Origin: Basidiobolus meristosporus CBS 931.73
Lineage: Eukaryota; Fungi; Basidiobolomycota
Length of the DNA stretch: 64,000 nucleotides
NCBI GenBank assembly: GCA_002104905.1
Contig: MCFE01000498.1
Span: 2,258 to 66,257 of the forward strand
Direction of reading: 5' to 3'
The position numbers were made by a program, and so were the translations under genes. Below, in pieces: positions 25,769 through 39,488 of this stretch (the stretch's first letter is position 1; each line of letters opens with the position of its first letter). The notes under the pieces were generated by a model. That model made no database searches, was not told the DNA's origin, and worked only from the letters and a program-made list of their open reading frames with translations.

Positions 25769-26989
25769 GGTTGAGCGTTGGTAGTAATCAGAACGCACTC
25801 CGCCTATCCACACTTATAGCTGTTGGGGCTGAGGATGAAAGAATATCAATATGGGTGAGAGAAGATGAGAAAACGTAAGTGCTGATGTATTCATGAACTG
25901 GGTGCTTAAAAGCCAACCCAACATCGGCCTAAATCTATCTTATTAGGATCGTCGGTTCCACTCATCCATCCCACCCAATCCTACATCCCCCCACACTCCA
26001 GCCGATCCATATGTCTGGATTACTGTATTAGCCTCCTTAAAGCATATGACGTTTACGGAAATAGGCGAAATTGAAAACCATTCATAATACCAATCCGTCA
26101 AATGCATCACCGAGTCCGTTCAACTTGAGCAGTGAATGCAGTGTAGGGAGATAGAGGGCGAGGGTGAGGAAATGCGTGGAGACTTGATTTGGTATGTGGG
26201 CTTGGATAGTGATGAGATGGAGTTGATGCAAGGGCCTCACGGATTGCTTTTCAGGTGAAGAATGTAGACAACAGCCAATCGTGTTTCAGAATCATCAATA
26301 CCAACCAACTATAGATTTATAGGAAATAACAATGGTGACTATAATTGGCCAGCTAGGGCATGAGATATCAGCAATATAGAGTAACTCAGAGAATCACCAG
26401 CATTGCTGTCACAGGCCCTACCACTTCTATTCACATCACAAACAGAAGAAGCAACAGTCTTGGCAGAACCTAAACCAACAAGGAAACAAGCAGTCATACA
26501 AGGAAGATTCCATGATGGTGGGCCGAGTGTAATCTCCACCATCCAATCCCAGTACCAATCCTGATAACCGTTTGTCGAAACAGCCTTCAGCGACCAAATG
26601 GAACAATCGCATTCTTAAATAGAAAATTTTTGTTCCATTCCACCATGAAAAGAAATTAATCAATCATAGTTGAGTGGTGGTGTCGTAAATGGGATAATTG
26701 AGGTCCATCGCATTATTTTCCTGACTGTTGATAAATCAGGTTTCGTTCAGGTTTCTTTTCTCTAGTTTTAGTGATTTTGGTGCTGCCTCAACCATAGCCT
26801 ACTTTTGGGTGCCCTTAAAGCCTTTAAACAGAAGAGCACATTTCAGTCTTGGAGAGCCCCGTCCTCATCACGCGCGTGCTGCCCTTCCTTCCTACTCTAC
26901 ACTAGATAGCCATAAGTTTACAACCCCCCATCCAGCCCTAATCCTATACCTAAACTAGGTATTCGCTTCCAACCGCATCCCCCTTAACC

Positions 26990-29900
26990 AGTTTTCACGA
27001 TTGGGTCAAGTCATCGTAACCAACCGGACGAGTTCCCAGAACTCCAGCCGGTCCAACTCGTCCCCATAGAGAGCAACAGAAGCTCTAGGCCTAGCCCAAC
27101 CTTAGACACAAATCGCCTATTTCCTGGAACCCCAGATTTTGAGTTTGATTCCGAAGAGGAGGGAAGCTCTTTCGCCAATTCCCCTAATGGTTACACGAGA
27201 CTGTTGGTGAACGAGCGGCAAGGCGGAGATGTGCAGACCCCTGAGCCCAGTTTTTTCCAGAAAAACCTCTCAGGCCCCTCCAAGCCTTTCCGGCGAGCCA
27301 CGACTGCGGCTGGCGTCGATGAGTTCCGTATCATTTACCTTAACGACAGAGAGAAGAACATGCCCTCCAAATACCTCCACAATCGCATCTCTACCGCCAA
27401 ATACAACTTTATAACCTTCCTGCCGAAATTCCTGTTCGAGCAGTTTTCCAAATACTCCAACGTTTTCTTCCTGTTTACTGCCTGCATCCAGGTAAGTCGT
27501 GGGACTCCTCCCGCCACTCGTGGCCTTAGCATCCCCTAGGAAAGCTTACTGACTTGAAATTCCCAGCAAATCAAAGACATCTCCCCTACTTCCAAGTATA
27601 CTACCCTGGTTCCCCTTCTTATTGTATTGGCTGCTACCGCGTTCAAAGAGATTGTTGAGGATTATGTAAGGGCAACAGAGAATCCCCACCAGAGCCCTCT
27701 AGACTAACATCACGCGTATTTAGAAACGACACCAATCTGATGCTGAGGTGAATGCAAGAGATACAAAGGTTCTTCAGGGAACAGCGTTTGTCTCCAGGCC
27801 ATGGAGGGATATTGTGGTTGGTGATATTGTTCGTATTGAGGATCAAGAGTTTTTCCCGGCCGACTTGGCGCTTCTAAGTTCTTCGGAGCCAGAGGCCATT
27901 TGCTACATCGAGACCAGTAATTTGGATGGGTAATTGGCTGACGTGTGTCCGTATCATCTGCGTGATGTGTGTGCTAATGTCTTTATCACAACCACAGCGA
28001 AACGAATCTAAAGGTCAAACAAGGGCTAACCGAAACCGCAGATATCCTGTCTCCGCTGGCTGCCAGCCAAATGGAGGGTAAGTTGCAAGGGCACTCTTAA
28101 AGCATTTATTCTAATTGCGGCATCAACCACAGGGTACATCAAGTGTGAGCAACCGAACAATAGCCTGTATACGTTTGATGGGACATTAGTTCTGCTTCAG
28201 AATGGTACTGAAAAAATCATGCCCCTAGATCCCACTCAGATCCTGCTCAGAGTATGGAGTTGTTTCTTGCTGAAGTGTTGGAGCCTGTGGCTTATCCTTT
28301 TGCCGTTTAGGGAGCGCAACTGCGTAACACACCGTGGGTCTACGGCGTGGTCGTGTTTACTGGACATGAGTCCAAGTTGATGCGCAATGCCAGCGCGACG
28401 CCTATCAAGCGTACAGATGTCGAGAAAATGACCAACACACAGATCATCTTTTTGTTCGGAATTCTGCTTGTGTTGAGTTTATCGTGTGCTTTGGGAACTC
28501 TTATCCTACGAGTAAGTCGTCACGTTCGCACTGCCACCCTCTTCTTCGCCTGACAATTGACCGTGTTCTTCATTTGATTTAGATCAGGTTTACTGATCAG
28601 ATGGAGTATTTGGCGCTGGGCTCAACCAACATGTGGGCGGAATTTGGAAAGAATATTTTGACATTTTTGATTCTTTTCAACAACCTGATCCCCATCAGGT
28701 AAGCGAATCTTCGGGGACATGACGCGAGGCCTAGACTAACATTCTCGTCTAGTTTAACGGTAACCATGGAGGTTGTGAAGTACCAGCAAGCCGCGTTGAT
28801 CAATTCGGATCTGGACATCTACTACGCTAAAACGGACACGCCAGCTTTGGCAAGAACCAGTTCTCTTGTGGAGGAGTTGGGTCAGGTAGGCACGCAGCAG
28901 TAGATGTGGCCGTTTCACTCATGGCCACCCACTAACCTTGTTTTTAGATTGAATACATCTTCTCCGACAAAACCGGCACTTTGACCTGCAATGAAATGGA
29001 GTTTCGACAATGCTCGATCGCTGGCATAGGCTATGCGGATGTGGTAGATACCTCCAAATCGAACTTTGGAGAGTCGACTGGTGCGGGCCAATTCGACTTC
29101 AAACGGCTTATCGAGAACCTGCATTCCCACCCAACGGCCTCATATATCGACGAATTCCTTACTCTCTTGGCTACCTGCCACACTGTCATCCCCGAGAAGA
29201 ACGAGAAAAAGGAGGGAGACATCATCTATCAGGCATCATCTCCCGATGAAGGCGCCCTCGTAGAGGGGGCTTCTGTATTGGATTTCGTCTTTACGGTATG
29301 CGAGTCTACTGTTTCAACCCCATCGAGGAACACCTTCCTAACAACTTGTGTAGACTCGTCGACCCAAATCCATTCGGGTCCGTATTCTAGGCGAGGAGAA
29401 GGAATTCGAGGTGCTGAATATCTGCGAATTCAATAGTACTAGAAAGAGAATGTCGGCCATTATCCGGGGCCCCGATGGGAAGATCAAGCTTTATTGCAAG
29501 GGTGCCGATACCGTTATTCTCGAAAGACTAGGCCCCAATAACCCGTTCGTCGACACCACGCTGGCTCATCTCGAGGTGAGTTGATCAAACTTCAGGGCAC
29601 ACACCGTGTAAACCACTACTCACCATCTGAGCCTAGGATTATGCTTCGGAAGGACTGCGTACGCTTTGTATTGCTGTAAGAGAGATCCCCGAAGAAGAGT
29701 ACAGAGTATGGTGCAACATATATGACAAGGCGGCCACCACCCTAGTCAATCGCCAGGATGAGCTCGACAAAGCTGCTGAAATGATCGAAAAGGATTTGTT
29801 CTTGCTCGGGGCAACTGCCATCGAAGATAAGCTCCAGGACGGTGTGCCAGATACTATCCACACCTTGGCACAGGTATGTGGCTACCTTTCTTCATTGCTA

Positions 29901-31424
29901 CATGGATACAGAGCATATTTCTGACGGGGTTGAATAGGCTGGAATCAAGATCTGGGTCTTGACTGGCGATCGCCAGGAAACCGCAGTTAACATCGGGTAC
30001 AGCTGTAAATTGCTAACCGAAGACATGAGGCTGCTCATCTTTGATCAGGAGAATATGCAGGACTTTTCCAAGGCTCTGCACGAAAGACTAAGGGCAGTCG
30101 AAAGTGTCCGGCTCACCGGCAACGAGACCGAGGTCGGTATTCACTCTTGGTAGTTTTTCCCCGAGCCAACCGAATTCACACCCCTTTGTCCACCTAGCCT
30201 CTAGCACTGATTATCACCGGATACACCTTGGACTTCGCCCTCCACAAGGACATGGAAGTTCAATTCCTGAGCCTGGCCACCAAGTGCAAAGCGGTCATCT
30301 GCTGTCGCGTCTCTCCGCTGCAGAAAGCACTTGTGGTCAAACTGGTCAAACGTCATTTGAAAACGATCCTTCTGGCGATCGGAGATGGTGCTAACGATGT
30401 GAGCATGATCCAAGCTGCACACGTTGGCGTCGGTATCAGCGGTATGGAGGGTCTACAGGCGGCACGAAGCGCCGACTTCGCCATCTCCCAGTTTCGGTTT
30501 TTGAAGAAACTACTACTGGTCCATGGGGCATGGAGTTACCAGAGATTAAGCAAGCTTATCTTGTATTCGTTCTACAAGAACATCACCCTGTACATGACTC
30601 AGTTTTGGTTCGCCTTTTACAACGGCTTCTCGGGACAGACTGTGTACGAATCATGGACCATCAGTTTGTATAACGTCTTGTTCACCGTAATGCCTCCCAT
30701 GGTCATCGGAGTGTTCGACCAGTTCGTCAGCGCCAGAATGCTCGACAGATACCCGGAGATGTACCAGCTCGGGCAGAGGAAAGAGTTCTTCAACGTCAAG
30801 ACCTTCTGGGGATGGACGGGGAACGCGTTTTACCATTCGTTGATCTTGTTCTTCTTCGTCAAGTTGATCTTCAAGAACGACGCGGTTCTCGCAAACGGAG
30901 ATGTCGGAGGACAGTGGGTGTTCGGAACCACCCTGTATACCTCGGTGTTGGCAACCGTCCTCCTGAAGGCAGCCTTGGTGACCGATCTGTGGACCAAGTA
31001 CACCGTGCTTGCCATCCCCGGTTCCTTCCTAATCTGGATCGTATTCTTCCCCATCTACGCCGAGATCGCGCCGCGTATTGGCTTTTCAGAAGAGTACGAC
31101 GGGATTATCCCTGTGCTTTATGGAAGTGCGGTGTTCTGGTTCACTGTGCTGTTGGTGCCAACCATATGCGTATTAAGAGATTACACGTGGAAGTATCTTC
31201 GTCGCATGTACTTCGCAAAGCCCTACCACTGCGTGCAGGAGATCCAGAAGTTCAACATCCCCGATTACAGACCACGCATGGAGAGATTCCGCAAGGCGGT
31301 CCACAAGGTGCGTGCCATTCAACGTATGAAACTAAACCGTGGCTTCGCCTTCTCCCAAAACGAGTCCGGCCAGGCCCATCTCATCCGTGCCTACGATACC
31401 ACACACAAGAAACCCCAGGGATAA
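26990..31424 (+). CDS. DRS2: P4-ATPase aminophospholipid flippase (start tentative)
   Basis: [48 protein letters not shown] phosphorylation site, [25 protein letters not shown]-terminal RGFAFSQ autoinhibitory motif. Confidence 0.93.
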
Positions 31425-31599
31425 CCGCCTCGGCATCTACACCGAGCCCCTCTCCCACCCCAACCGTATCTCTCTATATACACTTTCTGTCGAATATAAT
31501 TTCTGCTTCCCACCCTTTACACCCTCGGTCCTTTGCTTGATTTTGTGAACAGCACCCTCAGAAGGGACAATAAACTTGATTTCCCGAAGTTTATTCGAA

Positions 31600-32529
31600 T
31601 CAGTCTGGGTTGGTCACCCTCAATGCCTTGGTGTAGTCCACGTTGTCGTGCAAACTGATGGACGATCTCCGCGAGAGGTACCCGGCGAAGTGGGGTAGCT
31701 CCTGGGTTTCTATTTCCCGAGTGCGTTGGCGTCTTCTTCTCCGGTAAACGAAGTACCCGACCAGGATGCCCCCGATCAATAGCACCCCGGCCAATGTGAA
31801 TATCGAGGCCGCCAACGCCTTGTTCTCGAGGAATGTCTGCTTGTTTGGCGTGGCCAGGCTCGTGGTGGGCGAGGCGTTGGCTTTGGTGTTTGAGGGGGTC
31901 GCGAAGGGGATGGTGGTGTGGGTGGAAGTGGAGGTGAAGGGTTTGCTAGCTAGAGCACTAGTCTGAGGAGTGCGGATTAGACTAGAAGAAGTTGTGACTG
32001 GTGTTGTCGGGGAAGTTGTGGCGAGGGTAGTGGAAGGTCTGGAGCTAGAAGACAGAGGTGGGGCGGAGGTGGGGGTAGAACTTGTGGAGGAAGTGGATGA
32101 GGATGAGGGTGAGGATGAGGTGGTGGCACTAGTAGAGGAGGATGTGGTGGTGGTGGTGGTGGATGGCTTTCTATCTGACACAATATATACATTCAAATAT
32201 TTTGCACCACCACAAGTCTCGAAGGGGTAGCCAGCGCACGGGATGTTGCATTTGCTGGAATCCACTCGCAGGGATAACGGCGGGGTGTAGTTACCACAGT
32301 AACATTCGTTTCCATTCTGAGTGCCAGCGTAGATGAACCCGCGGCTAGAGCAAACCTCGGTGCACTTACCACTGGACTGGTACTCGTAGACGTAGGGATT
32401 GGGGATGGTGGGATTCCCCGCCAGCCCATTCAGCAATGGAGTGCTAGACCCATCCGAATAGCACCCCAGCATTGTGTCTTGGGCAGCAGCAGCATACGAC
32501 AGTAATACGATCAAGAGAAGGGTTGTCAT
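31600..32529 (-). CDS. WSC-domain cell-wall stress sensor (Wsc1-like)
   Basis: Signal peptide; WSC cysteines (LGCYSD...CTEVC...QNGNECYCGN...CNIPCAGYPFETCGG); S/T stalk; one TM; tail SLHDNVDYTKALRVTNPD. Confidence 0.88.
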   Translation of the reverse strand: MTTLLLIVLLSYAAAAQDTMLGCYSDGSSTPLLNGLAGNPTIPNPYVYEYQSSGKCTEVCSSRGFIYAGTQNGNECYCGNYTPPLSLRVDSSKCNIPCAGYPFETCGGAKYLNVYIVSDRKPSTTTTTTSSSTSATTSSSPSSSSTSSTSSTPTSAPPLSSSSRPSTTLATTSPTTPVTTSSSLIRTPQTSALASKPFTSTSTHTTIPFATPSNTKANASPTTSLATPNKQTFLENKALAASIFTLAGVLLIGGILVGYFVYRRRRRQRTREIETQELPHFAGYLSRRSSISLHDNVDYTKALRVTNPD

Positions 32530-32855
32530 GGCATTCTCTCGCCCCCGACCGTCCCAGATGGTTTGGGTATTTATAGCCGGTCGCCGGTTGTTTTCGCAGA
32601 CTCGGGGTTCGAGAAGCACCATCGGGCCCGATGATTCGCGAAAAAATTCACTTAAGCTCAAAGCCTCTATTGGGGTTTCCTTGGGTCTCCTTGGCAGCCT
32701 CTGTTCGAGCCAAAATGGATGCCGGTTTTGGCACTAATCGCATCGATAGCACGCTTCTGTTCGACTCAGCGGTTATTTTTATACGGCCTTGCCATATCGA
32801 GGACCAGACAAGATCGGGCAGCTGATATACAAATGACTTTATTTGGGTGATAATT

Positions 32856-34146
32856 TCACAGGGACTGGATGGCATCTTTCACAATAGGCTGAACCTGTTT
32901 ACGGGAACAGTGGACGTTCATTTGCTCGTATGCATAGAATGGCTTCCGCCCGATCAGAACGGAGTCCTTCTTTTGCAGCTTCAACTCGGTCGATTCCAGT
33001 CGGCCGGGCAGGTCGTTCAGCTTGTCATTGTTGAGGTACAGGACAAGCTGTCTTGCGAAGTCCTGGGTGTCCTTGTTCTCGAAAGCAGTCATGATCCCCA
33101 GCAGATCCAGCGAGTGCTCCCGGGCGTAGCTCTCGACGGCTTTTGTGAACTCCTGCTCGCCATCACGCTCAAGCCAAGCATCCAGCGACCAAGTGACAGT
33201 GCTGATTCCAATGGGATATCCCGAGATCTTCCATTCCTTGTAGTCTTTGCGCAAAAGGTCTCTGGAGGGCAGGTGGTGGATGTTGAATTTGGCTTCGCGG
33301 ATTTCGGTGTAGTACTGCTGCGCCCCGGGAAAATCCATCGGGGTATCGATCAGGTATTCGATCAGTGTCTTGGCCACCTCCGAATCTTTCGGCCTAACCC
33401 GATCGTAGTGCTCATCTAGATTGATGGTGTCCAGCAAGATTGGTCCCAACGCTAGCATGGCAGTCTCATTACATAAATAGGTTTTGTGATTCGAGGTGCA
33501 CGAGCTCAGCCAATGGGAGATGATCAACGTGGTGCATGACCCAACCACCTCGATAATTCTAGGCTGGGCATCCAAGTAGAGACCTTCATCCTTGTGATGA
33601 TCCAAGATACCCTTGACGTAGTCGCCCAAGTAATCCTGCTTCGGGGCCAACTTGTTGTGATCCACGATGACCAGCTCAAGGGTTGCGGCGCTAGCCAAGC
33701 TCTTTAGGTCTATCTCATCGATGAACACCAGCTCGTCCGTCTTGATTCCGCACTTGTTGAATACATACGTACACTCGGTACGTAGAACGAACTCGTCCCT
33801 TGGAATATTGATCACCGGCAACCAGGTGACCTTGGAGTCGGCAGGCTCGAGCCTCTGGTGGAGGTAGCCGTGCAACAAGGAGGATGCCATAGAATCCAGA
33901 TCTGTCGCCCCAACGGAAAATACAAGAGGTTCGTCAATGCTACTTTACACAGGAGAGGAAGGGAAATGCTTTACCGGCCGCCTCGTTTCCTATAATCACT
34001 CTGTAAACCTCCTCCTTGCTTCGGGTCCCACCCCTGGCCACCAGGCTCAGGTTGGCCAAGAAGAGATGAAAATCAGAGCCAGGCATGGTGTGGGTACTCG
34101 CGCTGGCACCAAAAAACCAATTCTTGAGGAAGGTTAAAGCGCTCAT
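32856..34146 (-). CDS. PPX1: Exopolyphosphatase (DHH/DHHA2, prune-like)
   Basis: VIIGNEA|ADLDS across an intron, IVDHN, LDHH, VGSCTTL, LRKDYKEW, CSRKQVQP. Start may be 34146 or 34086. Confidence 0.85.
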
Positions 34147-34619
34147 GGTGCTGAGAATTCCAATCAAAAAGGAGGCGAAAAAAAGCGCAACACGGGATAA
34201 ACACCAAGAGAAAAATCCCCCTTTTGGTATAAATGATGAGTTAACTCTGGCCACTAGACGACTTTTAAGTGCGAACTGAGACGTCCCACTCCGTGCGTCA
34301 TGCTCACATCATGCCCCTCATCCGCACACCGCTCCACTCTACTCCGCCGCCCTCTTCCCCGTTCAGGAAGAATTGGTGGTTTGCGTTACTCTGAGGGCCC
34401 GTAATGCCCTTTGTCCAGATTCAGGGGCTTTATCAATGGGAAACTCTCACCCCTCACCCCTCACCCCTCGCTCTGACTCACTGCCTAAAGGAATAAATGA
34501 TCTATGCGATACGATGTTTACAAGCAATCCGTTTAATAAATATATATGTAGGTCTATGAAGATTAGAATATTCAAGAGTGTATAAAAAAGTCAAGACAAT
34601 GCGTGCTCCTCCTGAATAT

Positions 34620-36936
34620 TTACAGCTTTCTCTTTTTGATTTCGAACCTGTCCAACGCCGAGAACGATTTCGATTTGTCCAATCCCAAGCGTCTGTTCTC
34701 TCGGTCCTCCTTCTGTCGTTGGAGCTTCTCTTCCGCCTCCATCTAGATGCCAACACTCTGGGTTACTCACCAGGTCAAACAACGACACTGCCTCAGTGAC
34801 ACGATACCTTTTTGAAGTCAATGACGTTCTTTTGCTTCTTGCGGACGAATCGCTTAAGCGCAGAGTTTCTACCTCTTGCCTTCTTCTTGAGTTCTCCAGA
34901 CTTGAGGGATTCCTGAACGAAACAAACCACGTTAGCGTGATGCTTCGAGGCACCCAATGAATGCGTGACCACGGTACCTCTTGCTGTTTCTTTCTCTCTT
35001 CATCCTCAACAACCTTGGAGAATCGGTTGACTCTGCCGATAAAGTCGGGATCAAGTGAAATCATCTCAGGTTGAATCTATAACGCATGGTGAGTAAAAGC
35101 GCACGACCAAGGCGATCAATCCGTTCCGGTACCTTATTAAGCAGCTTATGAACTTCGGTCTCTTGGCGTTGCTTGGTAGTTTCGAATGGATTGGCCTCCA
35201 AACTATCGAAGTTAGGCTCACCAGCACCTATTCGAGGAAGGTTAGTATGGATACTTCCGCCTTAAAACAGGCGTCCGATGCTTACCTGGAATAACGATGC
35301 TAGACACACCAGAGCTATGACCAAATCCAAGGACATCATCGAATGGACAGAATTGCAGGTCATGCATGGTTGTCGATGGTAACAAATGGGTCATGTAGGG
35401 TGATTGCTGCTTGACCTTCAATGCATCTTTCCAGACAGATACATGGGGTCCCCAGCCGACACCCAACAGGCCGAGTTGAGAAATCGAGAGAGACGATGCA
35501 GGTGTGGGTGTGTAGTATTGATGCAGGTCCTTGTATGTACGCACATCCCAGATCTTCAGCTGGCCGTCAAGGCCGGATGTAGCCATGTAGCTAATGAAAT
35601 CAATGAATCAGTACTGGCATTGATATGGTCCGCGTCTCGCTATTACGTACTTTCCGCTGGAGTCAACTGCAATCGCCTGAACGGGGCCTTTGTGGCAAAG
35701 CATTTTGACTACGGGAGTGCTCATGTTTGGAGTCCACATGGTAACGGTACCTAGATGAGCCAGAGTTTAGTTCCTATTCAGGGGGCAGGGCAGGGTTGGA
35801 TTACTTACCGTTGGCATGACCGAGGTTCATCACGGCATTATGGGGATTTTGGGCTAGGGTGTTGCAACGGCCCAGACGGGTACGGTGCTCGACAACCAAC
35901 TTACCGGTGGAGGTGTCGTGGTATCTTAGCACACCAGTGTTGCTCTATTCACGCAGGTTAGCGATTGATGCTGCGTCCAGGGGAGACAGCGAGTACATAC
36001 CACAGTGACGAGTAGGAAGTGATATGGGAGGAAATCCAGCTTGTTGACGTCGACATGCTTCTTCATACTGTGAATTTCTAAGCCCGTTTGATCGTAGATG
36101 TATACGTATTTCTTCTGAGCAACCGCAAACATGGTTTCGTTGTGAAGCCACCTAAGTAGCAACGGTTAACGTCTATTTACGTGTGACCTAGAGATGGCCT
36201 GAAAGGAGCATACTTGACATCTCTGACGGTCTCTCCCAGGTGGATCTCACATCCAAGCTTTCCGGCCTTCCAATCAAACGAAGCAACATGGCCCTTTTGA
36301 CCACCAATTAGCATGTATCTAAACAAGCCTTGCGTCAGACCCTGTGGAAAGAAACAACCACAACAATGGCCACTTACTTGCCGTTGCTGGTGTAGTCCAT
36401 AGAATAAGGGCCGAACTGATCCAGCTTTAGGTCGAAAATCTGCAAAACCGAGAATCAGATATGTGTGTATGCCTGCTTCTTTCAAGGAAGCTCACCTTGC
36501 GAGCACTGTTGACGTCGAGATTCTCGCCCAATTGCTTCTGAGTGAATTTGTAAGTTCTCTCCATTCCCTCGGCCTCCAAGAAACTAATTCATGCCAAAGC
36601 CGTTAATAAAGCGCCCAGCGAAGCGTGGTCTATGGCTCATACCCTGCAGATTCGGTGAGAAGTAATTCCGAGCTGGCAGCCTTGTACGCTGCGTCATAGT
36701 ACTTCTTCTCCATTCTCTTGGTGGTTCCCTTCAACTTTTTATCTTTCACTCCCTATGAAAATGGAATTGCGTTGGTATCGGTGATACTGGGGGAGAATTA
36801 ACGAAAAACCAACTTTCAAACTAGCCGGTTTGCCACGAGAATACTTGCTCATCTTCTCGAGGTTGGGGTCTTTCTCTTCACTTGGAGCAGTCTTGGTGCT
36901 CTTGACTTTCGTCATTTGCGCTTGATCGTCCGACAT
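34620..36936 (-). CDS. UTP7: SSU processome WD40 protein Utp7/WDR46
   Basis: [69 protein letters not shown] (BING4CT); spliced. Confidence 0.92.
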
Positions 36937-37383
36937 TTTCGACAGTAACGTTAGGTGTTGGTGACTGAGAATGGGTTATAGTGACTGGACTAACGACAAC
37001 TATCAACCTGTAAAAAAAACTTCAAGTACAATGGAATGCCTGCCTCTATCCATCATCGTGGAATCTTTTTTTTTATTTCTCAATTGCAGTTCGTGGTTTT
37101 TTTTCTTGTAGTTTGATTAAGAATTTTGTTTACCAGTCACGCTGACCCATATCACGGTTGATCGAGATTTTGAGCAAAAACAATTGCAACATGAGTGGGT
37201 GGATGTGGATTTGAATGTGGATGTGCCATATGAATTTGGGCGTGGATACGGATCAACATGGCTATGATTTCCTGAGCATATTGAGTATCAATATTTCCCA
37301 CTAATTTTCTTGCTTTGTTGGTGGTTTTACTGCCAGTTTTTCTTGGTGTGTTTTCCTCATACTTCTCGTGAAGAATTCCTTCA

Positions 37384-39254
37384 ATGTTTGGGTCATCAAA
37401 TACTTTTGGTACGTACGATTGCAACGGTCACGGACGCTGGCCTTTGACGTGTTGCTGATCAACAACTCTGTAACATCTTTTCTAAATCGCTGTTGATTGT
37501 ATATAGGAAGCGCGTCATCCACCCCCGCTTTCGGCTCCACAACTACTTCACAGCCTGCTGCAGGGGGCTTTTCCTTCGGAAACAATAATACGACGACCAA
37601 CACAGGTACCACTGGTTTTGGATTTGGCAATACCAACACAGCAACCTCAACCGCCACAAATACCGGTGGATTATTTGGTAGCTCAACTACACCAGCAGCT
37701 ACCACGAATACCGGTGGATTGTTTGGTAGCTCAACCACGCCAGCAGCTACTGGGACCACCGGATTCGGCTTTGGCTCCACCGCAAACACTACCGCCAACA
37801 CTGGCGGGGGCCTATTCGGAAACACTGCCAATAACGCCCAAAAACCCGCTGGTGGTGGATTATTCGGAAGTACCAACACTGGCACCTCGTTGTTTGGCGC
37901 TAGCAACACCACAACCGCCAATACCGGTTCCGGTGGTTTGTTCGGCTCCAAGCCGGCCGGAACCACAGGGTTCGGCACTACCAGCACCGCCGGAGGTTTA
38001 TTTGGATCCACTCAAAACACAGGAGCTTCTCTTTTTGGCAGTTCGAACACTGGTGGGATGTTTGGAAGCACTCAGCAGCCACAGCAGCAAAACCAACAAT
38101 TGCAATCTTTCCTATGTGAGTAGAGAGGTTTTCAACGCACAATGAGTTCCATCCATGTATAACTCTTGGTATTCCTTAGCTCTCCAGCGCCCAGTACCAA
38201 CAACATGGGAGACTGTAGCCTTGATGAAGGAGTCGTGGGACCCACAATCACCCATGTGTTTATTCAAGGTAAGCTAGCTGGATTCCCTACGGTCAATTGC
38301 TTTGGTAGCTCATCGTATCGTTGTAGCACTATTTCTACAACCTAGTCCATCCCAGTGAGGTTCATCTCTATCAGAGACCCGCTAATCAAGACGAAACCCT
38401 CTGGAACGAGGCCCAAAAAGCAAATCCAAACCCTAAATGGTATGCTGTCACGAAGCATTGCTCCCCTTATCCTTCAGAATGCTCACCACTACAAAACCCC
38501 TCAGTATGGTTCCGGTTCTTGCGGTCGGATTCGACGACATCAAGAAGAGAACAGAGCAGCAGGAGATGCAAGCTCTGGCTCACAAAGCAAAGCTTGAGGT
38601 AGCTTCAATTCTGTCGACCTTTCTCCCCCACAAGTGCTTGGCTAACCTTGCGCGCGTTGCTAGGAAATCGCCGACAAAATCAAGAAGCTCCAGGAAAAGC
38701 ACTCACTGGACACCTTGGTGAAGATGAAGGAGTACAAGCGTCGTCACATGGACCTGGCTCATCGAGTCCTTCAAGTGAGTTGGTTGCAGTCCTCTAGCCC
38801 AATATGAATCCGTTGTACTGACCACGGGTCCAGCTTATGAAGCAGGTGCAGGTTCTACGTAACAAGGGATACTCTATTAGACCAGAGGAAGAGGCCCTCA
38901 AAACTCGATTGGAGAATCTCCATTTGGAATTACGCAAACCCTCACAATACAGATCTAGACTGCACGAGCTTTGGAGTCAAGTGCAGATGTTGAAGAATAC
39001 GAGAAGAAGCAATTCCAAGGGCAATTGGGAATTCGAAGTCAGCGATGAAGAGCAACTGGCTAACATTGAAAAGGTATTGATTCCTTGCTGATAGGTACTG
39101 CTCTTCTTTGCGTATGCTAAGACGTATTCCTCAGGTTCTTGCCGAACAACAAGCTGGCCTGGCGCATGTAATGGAGGTTTTGCAAAAGGATCTGAAGGCC
39201 GTGACCATCATGTCACGTTCTTTGGCAGAAGGCAATAATTCGAACTCTGCATAG
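37384..39254 (+). CDS. NUP57: GLFG nucleoporin Nup57/Nup54
   Basis: N-terminal GGLFG/GFGFG repeats, then WDPQSPMCLFKHYFYN, MVPVLAVGFDDIKKR and a coiled coil; spliced. Confidence 0.88.
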
Positions 39255-39488
39255 ACGCTTATCATCGCTTCGTTTATAAGGTTTTATTGAGCCAAACATT
39301 GGTGATAATCATGCTTGTATAAACATCTCTATAATAGCCCTTTCAATATAGCTTTCATTCATGGCAATAGAATCTTCAGTGATATCAGATTTAAATAAGC
39401 TTTCCAACAAAATGTTCAATAAAGTCCACAGCTGCCATGTATTTGGTTAGATTGATTTATTTACACAGAGCTAGTACGCCGCATAGAC

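Larger units (their letters stand above)
24376..26210 (-). repeat. Right arm of the inverted segmental duplication
   Basis: Mirror image of 19594-21470, including both SW genes and the (AT)n tract. Confidence 0.85.

Noticed and set aside
37301-38145. Long - strand and alternate-frame ORFs over NUP57; likewise those over SEC21, DRS2 and PPX1
   Set aside because: Shadows of GC-rich coding sequence with no independent motifs.
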